A stretch of DNA of 64,000 bases from Candidatus Woesebacteria bacterium (GTDB lineage Bacteria > Patescibacteriota > Microgenomatia > UBA8517). Made by a program: the position numbers and the translations under genes. Location of the stretch: NCBI GenBank assembly GCA_013374855.1, contig CP055308.1:401833-465832 (forward strand). The letters are read 5' to 3'. Below, piece after piece: positions 58,646 to 64,000 of the stretch. Position 1 is the first letter of the stretch, and each line of letters begins with the position of its first letter. The notes below the pieces were generated by a model. It searched no databases. It was not told the DNA's origin and saw nothing but the letters and a program-made list of their open reading frames with translations.

Positions 58646-58960
58646 AGTCTAGTTTTATTTTACCAGAAAAGGCTGTTTAAAACTGCTCGAGATGAATTTT
58701 TAGACAACAGTTAGCAGTTGTTGTGTATACTGTAGGGTAAGTTCGGGAAATTCTAGGATGTCTAGCCAGTTGGTTTGCCTAAAATCGTCCCATTTGTCCA
58801 GCATTTTGGACATATATAGTATTAATGTTTTGCGTTAAAGGTAAAAATTTGTTATAATTATTTTCGTATAAAGGGAAAAATTTTTCCTTAGAATTTTCTG
58901 TATTCTAGTGGCTTCTACATTTCTTAAAGTAGGAGCTTTTTCGTTTTAGAAAGGAGTTTT

Positions 58961-59536
58961 ATGGCATATTCGGATATTCCATTAGGAGATGATGCGCCTA
59001 GGGTTGTAAATGCCGTAATTGAGATACCTAGGGGTTCGCATAACAAATATGAGTATAGTGAGGAGCTTGATGAGATCAGGCTGGATCGTATATTGCATTC
59101 ACCCCTTTTCTACCCTGTGGATTATGGTTTTATACCGCATACTCGCTCTGAAGATGGGGATCATCTTGATGTATTAGTTTTTATTACAGGTTCTACATTT
59201 CCCGGTTGTGTTTTGTCTGTAAGGCCAATAGGCGTCTTGGATATGGAAGATGAGAATGGCCAAGATTGGAAAATTGTAGCTGTTGCTGACAAAGATCCTC
59301 ATCAGTCAAATATTCAAACGATTGATGATATCGATGAACAAAGCAAGAAAGAAATAGCTCATTTTTTTGAGGAATACAAAAAGCTTGAAGGTAAATATGT
59401 TAAAGTTAGAAACTGGCTAAGTAAAAGAGAAGCTTATAGGATTATAAATGAGGCAAATATAAGGTTTAGGGAAGAATTGAATGAAGTTGTTCAAGATACT
59501 AGTCAATTTTTACAAAACAAATCCTATGACAGCTGA
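58961..59536 (+). CDS. ppa: inorganic pyrophosphatase (family I)
   Basis: EIPRGSHNKYEY, DGDHLDVLV, Asp-rich active-site blocks. Confidence 0.92.
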   Translation: MAYSDIPLGDDAPRVVNAVIEIPRGSHNKYEYSEELDEIRLDRILHSPLFYPVDYGFIPHTRSEDGDHLDVLVFITGSTFPGCVLSVRPIGVLDMEDENGQDWKIVAVADKDPHQSNIQTIDDIDEQSKKEIAHFFEEYKKLEGKYVKVRNWLSKREAYRIINEANIRFREELNEVVQDTSQFLQNKSYDS

Positions 59537-59753
59537 AAGAGATTCTTCTAATTTATTTAATTATTATTTACATCTTATTATTGATCAAGGTAAAGATGGA
59601 CAATTGGAATTGTCGGGCGATTCTGGCAAGAAAATTGTTCTAGAAAAAGGACAGGATTCTGGGGGAAATAATATTATTATTGTATCAGGAGGTGGTGCAG
59701 ATTATCAAATTGTCTATACTAATGGTAAAGTTGAAAGTCCTCAAAGTAAGTAA
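59526..59753 (+). CDS. small hypothetical Gly-rich protein (uncertain)
   Basis: Track ORF 59481..59753 overlaps the ppa end; internal ATG 59526 gives a 75-aa product MTAERDSS...GGNNIIIVSGGGADYQIVYTNGK. Confidence 0.25.
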   Translation: MTAERDSSNLFNYYLHLIIDQGKDGQLELSGDSGKKIVLEKGQDSGGNNIIIVSGGGADYQIVYTNGKVESPQSK

Positions 59754-59879
59754 AGACACTTTTGTTTTTCTGATTTGTCAAATTGTTGTTTAGAACTTCA
59801 TTTTGACTAAGTTTAATAACTAAAAATTACTGATTTTACTTGTTGTATTTTTGTTTTTTTTCTGTAATAATTCATTCTT

Positions 59880-60287
59880 ATGAGGCAAACTCTAATTTAT
59901 ACTATTTTGGTTATCTTATTCTCCTTTTTACTTGTTGGATTTGTTGTGGTTGGCAGTCGGAAAAAAGATACAAAAACAGTTGTTAATAATCAGAACACCA
60001 CCTCCTTTTCTGCCTCTGAAATTACCTACTACTATGGTAATACTTGTCCTCATTGTAAAGAGGTAGAAAGCTGGATAGAAGAAAACAAAATTGACGAGAA
60101 GTTAAAGATTATTAAAAAGGAAGTCTATGATAATCCCTCGAATGCGGCGGAGTTAAGATTGGCCGCTCAAAAATGCGGGTTGGATACCACAGCTATTGGT
60201 GTTCCTTTTCTTTATTCACCCGATGGCAAGTGTTTTATTGGAACACCTGATGTCATATCTTTCTTAAAGGAAAAAGCTGGTTTGTAG
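59880..60287 (+). CDS. membrane-anchored thioredoxin-fold thiol:disulfide oxidoreductase (DsbA-like CPHC active site)
   Basis: N-terminal TM then YYYGNTCPHCKEVESWIEE; CPHC is the classical DsbA active-site tetrad. Confidence 0.6.
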   Translation: MRQTLIYTILVILFSFLLVGFVVVGSRKKDTKTVVNNQNTTSFSASEITYYYGNTCPHCKEVESWIEENKIDEKLKIIKKEVYDNPSNAAELRLAAQKCGLDTTAIGVPFLYSPDGKCFIGTPDVISFLKEKAGL

Positions 60288-60295
60288 TTTAGTTT

Positions 60296-60790
60296 ATGAA
60301 GGCAGTTCTTTTTTTCTTGTTTTTGTTTATTTTTCCTAAAAATACTCTGGCGGTTTGTCCGCTTTGCACTGTTGCAGTGGGTACTGGATTGGGCTTTTCT
60401 CGTGTTCTTGGAATAGATGATGTAATTACTGGTATTTGGATGGGTGGGCTTATAGTTTCTTCGGCTTTGTGGTTTTCTTCTTGGCTTGAAAAGAAAAATT
60501 ACAAAATTCCCTACCGCGACCTTTCCTCTTTGCTTCTGTTTTTCTTGGTTGTGATCTTGCCTCTTTATTGGGGGAAAATAATAGGAATTTCAGGAAATAC
60601 TTTTTTGGGTATTGATAAGTTTTTGTTTGGGATGTTGTTTGGTCTTTTGATTTTTCTCCTTTCTGTGCGGCTTGATGTTTTGTTAAGGGAAAAAAACAAT
60701 GGTAAAGTTTTATTTTATTATCAAAAAGTGGTTTTGCCTCTCTTTTTGCTTTCTTTGGCAAGTTTTGTTTTATTTATTATTTTGAGTTAG
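60296..60790 (+). CDS. polytopic membrane protein with extracytoplasmic CxxC (possible redox partner of the adjacent DsbA-like protein)
   Basis: Signal-like N-terminus then VCPLCTVAV, then at least 4 hydrophobic segments; 8 nt downstream of the thioredoxin-like gene. Confidence 0.35.
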   Translation: MKAVLFFLFLFIFPKNTLAVCPLCTVAVGTGLGFSRVLGIDDVITGIWMGGLIVSSALWFSSWLEKKNYKIPYRDLSSLLLFFLVVILPLYWGKIIGISGNTFLGIDKFLFGMLFGLLIFLLSVRLDVLLREKNNGKVLFYYQKVVLPLFLLSLASFVLFIILS

Positions 60791-60803
60791 AATAAAGTGC
60801 TTT

Positions 60804-61358
60804 ATGAGGAAAAAACAAGTCGAGATTGATATAAATAAATTTTTAGAGAAAGTAAAAAGATTGGAAAAAGGGGAAAAGCTTGATCTTTCTTCTGATGAGG
60901 ATTTGTCTGTTGCCATTATGAATCTTATTTCTATGGAGGAACATTTCTTTTTTACTTATGCAAAGACTAAAGATACAAAATATCTTGATCTTCTGAACGA
61001 GGTTCGTCAGATTCGAAAGAGCGCCTTGAAAAGAATAATAAAAGATTATGAAGGAGAGGTTTGGTGCATAAGCAAACACCTGCTTTCAGCATCTATGCGT
61101 TTTATGGAAGTGGGGACAAAGTTTTTAAGTAAGGGAGACAAAAAGAATGCTAAGGATATGTTTGAAAAATCTTACCAGCTTTACAGTCTTTTTTGGGGGA
61201 TTAATTTGGGAGTGGTGAAAGTTAAAGACACAAAATTGTCTGATTCTGAAGTGGTTAGTTTTTTGGGGGAAGATGAAAGAGAAAGGACAGAGAAAGTTGG
61301 AGTTTTTGAAAAATTAGGGGAAATTGTCAAAAAAGCGATAAATTGTTGTAAAGAGTAG
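60804..61358 (+). CDS. hypothetical protein
   Basis: 184-aa helical ORF with C-terminal CCKE; no motif. Confidence 0.35.
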   Translation: MRKKQVEIDINKFLEKVKRLEKGEKLDLSSDEDLSVAIMNLISMEEHFFFTYAKTKDTKYLDLLNEVRQIRKSALKRIIKDYEGEVWCISKHLLSASMRFMEVGTKFLSKGDKKNAKDMFEKSYQLYSLFWGINLGVVKVKDTKLSDSEVVSFLGEDERERTEKVGVFEKLGEIVKKAINCCKE

Positions 61359-61361
61359 GGA

Positions 61362-61556
61362 TTAGTTTAGCCTTTCTTTTTGTCTGTTTATTTCCCAGGT
61401 TAGTATATCTGCTTTTTGTTTTCTGTCTTCAGGTGATTCTACCCTTGAGTCAGTTCTCAATAAAAGACATTCTTTTCCATCACAACATTTATTGTATGGA
61501 CATTCGCGCAGTTTAAATTTCTCTTTGATGTTTTTGAAAGTCTCGCATCTTGTCAT
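61362..61556 (-). CDS. 64-aa Cys-rich miniprotein co-transcribed with znuB-like permease
   Basis: C4, C19, C24, C25, C30 (RECPYNKCCDGKEC); start overlaps the znuB-like stop (ATGA). Confidence 0.4.
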   Translation of the reverse strand: MTRCETFKNIKEKFKLRECPYNKCCDGKECLLLRTDSRVESPEDRKQKADILTWEINRQKERLN

Positions 61557-62332
61557 TTTTTCTGAGTTGAGATCTTTACCATTGATGTGACAATAAAGAT
61601 CGCAATTCCGACTATTATAACCACCGGCCCTGTAGGCATGTCAAATGTTCTGGCAAGTAGTATCCCCAAAAGTGATGAGAGAGCTCCAAATAAAGCAGAA
61701 AAGACAAAATATTGTTTGAGATTTGATGAAATGTTTTTTGCACTTACTGCTGGAATGATAACAAGAGCTCCTGTCAAAAGAGTTCCCAAGAATTTTATTC
61801 CAAGTGAGACAGCAACACCAACCATCAAAAGATAGATAAAATTAACTTTTGATGTTTCTATTCCTTCAGATACAGCAAGTTCTTTTGAAATAACTAATTT
61901 GATTAGTTTTTTGGATATAGAGAAGGTTATACCAAGAAGAAGTGCAGAGAGTGAAATTATAAATATGCTGTCAATTGTTGTGATTTTATCTATATCCCCG
62001 AATAAACTTTCGTAAATTTCAGTTTCTGGAGTAATTAGGATTCCAATTGCTAAGCTTGCAGTAAAAAAAATTCCAACCAAACCTTCAGGGAAGTTTTCTG
62101 TTTTTTCTTCTAAAACAAATATGCCAATAATTGAAAGAAAAAGAAAAACAAATGCGCCAATTAGTGGGTTTATTCCAGACATTGTTGCAATAGCCATTCC
62201 GGGAAGAGCGATATGAGAAAGTGCGTCTCCAACAAGAGACATTCTTTTAATAACCATAAAAGATCCCAAAAAACCGGAAGCAACCCCAACTAGAATACCT
62301 GCAATTATAAGCATAAGAAGACTATTTTCCAT
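61553..62332 (-). CDS. ABC-3 family metal (Zn/Mn) transporter permease, ZnuB-like
   Basis: 259 aa, 8 TM, conserved Asp/His-containing TM motifs (LVGDALSHIALPG) typical of ZnuB/MntB. Confidence 0.75.
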   Translation of the reverse strand: MENSLLMLIIAGILVGVASGFLGSFMVIKRMSLVGDALSHIALPGMAIATMSGINPLIGAFVFLFLSIIGIFVLEEKTENFPEGLVGIFFTASLAIGILITPETEIYESLFGDIDKITTIDSIFIISLSALLLGITFSISKKLIKLVISKELAVSEGIETSKVNFIYLLMVGVAVSLGIKFLGTLLTGALVIIPAVSAKNISSNLKQYFVFSALFGALSSLLGILLARTFDMPTGPVVIIVGIAIFIVTSMVKISTQKK

Positions 62333-62969
62333 AATTTTCCATATTAATTACTACATCTGCATATTTTTGAATAACGTCTCTGTCGTGCGATACAAAAATA
62401 ATTGTTATACCCTTTTCTTTTAAGCTTTTGAAAAGTGCATAAAAACTCTTTTCTCCTTCCAAATCTACCCCTACTGTTGGCTCGTCTAGTAAAAGCAGAT
62501 TTGGATTATCAAGAAGTGCATTTGCAAGCATCACTCTTTGTAGCTCTCCCCCTGAAAGGTCTGAAACTTTTGTTTTAAGAAGTGTTTCAAGGTGTCCGTG
62601 CAGATGACAGCATTTTTCTTTTTCTTCTTTGAAACCAACAAGTATAAGTTTTTCTTTTATCGCATCTTTGTTCTTTTTTTTAAGATTCAGAAGGTCAAGA
62701 ACGGTAATTGGAATATCACGACTTACTTGGAATTTTTGTGGCAGATAACCTATTTTTACATCGCCTGCTAATTCTATTTTGCCTTTGTAGGGACATACTC
62801 CAATTATGCTTCTTAAAAGAACTGTTTTTCCTGTGCCATTTGCGCCGGTGATAGCATATATTTTGTCTTTTTTGAAATCAAAAGAAAATTTGTTTATAAT
62901 TTTATGCTCTCCGAAGATCACTTCAAGATTTTTAACGGAAAGAATTGTGTTTTTCATCTTGGTTTTCAA
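62322..62969 (-). CDS. ABC transporter ATP-binding protein, ZnuC-like
   Basis: Walker A GANGTGKTVLL, signature LSGGELQRVMLA, Walker B LLLLDEPTVGVD; overlaps the permease start. Confidence 0.85.
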   Translation of the reverse strand: MKTKMKNTILSVKNLEVIFGEHKIINKFSFDFKKDKIYAITGANGTGKTVLLRSIIGVCPYKGKIELAGDVKIGYLPQKFQVSRDIPITVLDLLNLKKKNKDAIKEKLILVGFKEEKEKCCHLHGHLETLLKTKVSDLSGGELQRVMLANALLDNPNLLLLDEPTVGVDLEGEKSFYALFKSLKEKGITIIFVSHDRDVIQKYADVVINMENYGK

Positions 62970-63001
62970 GATAATATCATATCTGAAGTCATTTTTCTTT
63001 T

Positions 63002-63985
63002 TTAGCTAAAAAGCCCACTGAGAACACATTTTGCTTCTAATTCGTGTCTTAGGGTTGTGGTTTGAGACTTTCTTGCAAAACAGCTCCAAAAATTTGTGGG
63101 GTCATCGATGGGGTGTAAGCCTTTTTGGCTATTTCTGGCTTTAATAACACTGGTAATATGGGAAGCAACTTCTGCTGCAAGCTGGGCTATTCTTGGGAAA
63201 AGCATTTTTGCTTCATCTTGATATTTTCTCATTGTTTCTTTTAGTAATTGATTTGGATTTTCTGGTTTTACAATTTCGGCCCATCTAGCAAAGCTTGGTA
63301 AATTGAGAATAGCATCTATTTTAAGACCATCTTTATCAGTAAGATCATCTCTTACTTTAAGCGACATCTCGGCAGCAAAAATTGCCCTTAATCTTTTTTG
63401 TATTTCAGTTAAACTATCTGTGTTGTCTGCGATGAAAATTTTGTATTTTTCCATTAGTTCTTCTTTGTTTTTTGCTGGTTTTTTGATGTTTATACCTGTA
63501 TTTTTGAGTATTTCAGGATTTACTGCGTGAATAAAGGCGCAAACAAAAATGGCGCTATCTAATTCCAGAAATTTTGGCCATTCTGTGGGATTAAACCCAC
63601 CCCTTAACCTGGAAAGGGTCAAGAAATCTTCTATTATTACCTCTATTGTGTTTTTTTCTTGAGGATGATTTTCAAGGAATTCTGAAATTCTTTTAGTTAG
63701 CATTAATTCAGTTTTCCTTTCTAACATAATCAAACCCCAAAGTTGGTTTTGAGTCAGATGACCCTTTTGCACTTTTAATTCAGCAGAGACACCGATGTCT
63801 GCTCTTTCGTTTAGAGCAATCATAAGTGGTGTGAGTCGACTTATCTTTAATAGAGATTCTTGGCCGCTTGTTTCTTCTGGGAAAGCACTAAGTATAGATG
63901 CCCTTATGGCCAGTGAGGTTCGGGGAATCAGCACTTCCTTGCCAACTGCTCTAGCTTTTGTGAATTCTAGAAGAGTTTCTGCCAC
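63002..63985 (-). CDS. hypothetical protein (true start may lie beyond window end)
   Basis: 327-aa ORF upstream of and co-oriented with the znuC-like gene; first ATG at 63985 is only 15 nt from the window edge; no motif recognised. Confidence 0.35.
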   Translation of the reverse strand: MAETLLEFTKARAVGKEVLIPRTSLAIRASILSAFPEETSGQESLLKISRLTPLMIALNERADIGVSAELKVQKGHLTQNQLWGLIMLERKTELMLTKRISEFLENHPQEKNTIEVIIEDFLTLSRLRGGFNPTEWPKFLELDSAIFVCAFIHAVNPEILKNTGINIKKPAKNKEELMEKYKIFIADNTDSLTEIQKRLRAIFAAEMSLKVRDDLTDKDGLKIDAILNLPSFARWAEIVKPENPNQLLKETMRKYQDEAKMLFPRIAQLAAEVASHITSVIKARNSQKGLHPIDDPTNFWSCFARKSQTTTLRHELEAKCVLSGLFS

Positions 63986-64000
63986 ACCTATTATTGCTGG

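Noticed and set aside
58846-58856. Extended -10-like TGTTATAAT upstream of ppa, as a promoter call
   Set aside because: AT-rich genome makes TATAAT-like hexamers frequent; without a -35 element or a transcription start this is too weak to annotate
1-64000. Alternative genetic code (UGA=Gly, as in some CPR such as Gracilibacteria/Absconditabacteria)
   Set aside because: Conserved genes terminate cleanly on TGA, TAA and TAG at the expected lengths (e.g. rpmJ on TAA, many r-proteins on TAA/TGA); no in-frame TGA is needed to complete any conserved protein
1-64000. CRISPR arrays or cas genes
   Set aside because: No regularly spaced direct repeats seen; the only multi-copy elements are the 3-copy intergenic element of about 100 nt (irregular spacing, 2-kb gene-sized intervals) and the tRNA-Pro repeat

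Overview
This AT-rich window looks like a Candidate Phyla Radiation (Patescibacteria-like) genome read in the standard code: a complete ribosomal cluster ending at rpsI, then recA/recX, rny, hup, miaA, rnpB, comM, dtd, secDF, cca, recJ, rel, aspS, gltX, ppa and others, with TAA/TGA/TAG used as stops throughout (L36 ends on TAA). Everything here is read by eye from the sequence and the six-frame ORF track; no database search was run.

- **Ribosomal cluster (1-12216):** a near-complete S10/spc/alpha-type cluster running from a partial L22 through S3, L16, L29, S17, L14, L24, L5, S14 (Z-type), S8, L6, L18, S5, L15, SecY, Adk, Map, IF-1, L36, S13, S11, S4, RpoA, L17, L13 and S9. Two points support the CPR assignment: there is no L30 gene between S5 and L15, and several r-proteins carry Lys-rich tails or a zinc-ribbon extension.
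- **Accessory island (12218-19701):** this sits between the ribosomal cluster and recA, and is the most interesting part of the window. It holds a MazG-like NTP pyrophosphohydrolase, a large membrane-anchored surface protein broken by an A9-tract frameshift and an in-frame TAA, a 757-aa DUF262-DUF1524 (GmrSD/BrxU/SspE-family) nuclease candidate with an extra unassigned C-terminal domain of about 230 aa, and a TM-anchored PD40 beta-propeller. The propeller gene is bracketed by an intact minus-strand tRNA-Pro(GGG) and a degenerate 3' copy of the same tRNA about 1.8 kb away, which reads as att-like direct repeats of a decayed integrative element.
- **Remainder (19777-63985):** housekeeping genes interspersed with secreted or membrane proteins, two structural RNAs, a small polyamine operon and a set of CPR-specific proteins I could not assign.
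  - Secreted/membrane: a dockerin-bearing secreted protein, an M16 peptidase, a Tat-signal CE4-like deacetylase, a CAP/YkwD protein, DUF3048, DUF4446, and a DsbA-like CPHC thioredoxin next to a CxxC membrane protein.
  - RNAs and small operons: RNase P RNA with an intrinsic terminator, tRNA-Gln(CTG), a speH plus BpsA-like (DUF43) aminopropyltransferase operon, and a znuCB-like pair with a co-transcribed Cys-rich miniprotein and no binding protein in the window.
  - A roughly 100-nt structured intergenic element occurs three times between 22848 and 26673.
  - Several CPR-specific proteins remain hypothetical.

No CRISPR array, no rRNA and no recognisable transposase or integrase were seen. Two short genes that the ORF track misses (rpmJ and a 45-aa zinc-ribbon protein) were recovered by hand translation.
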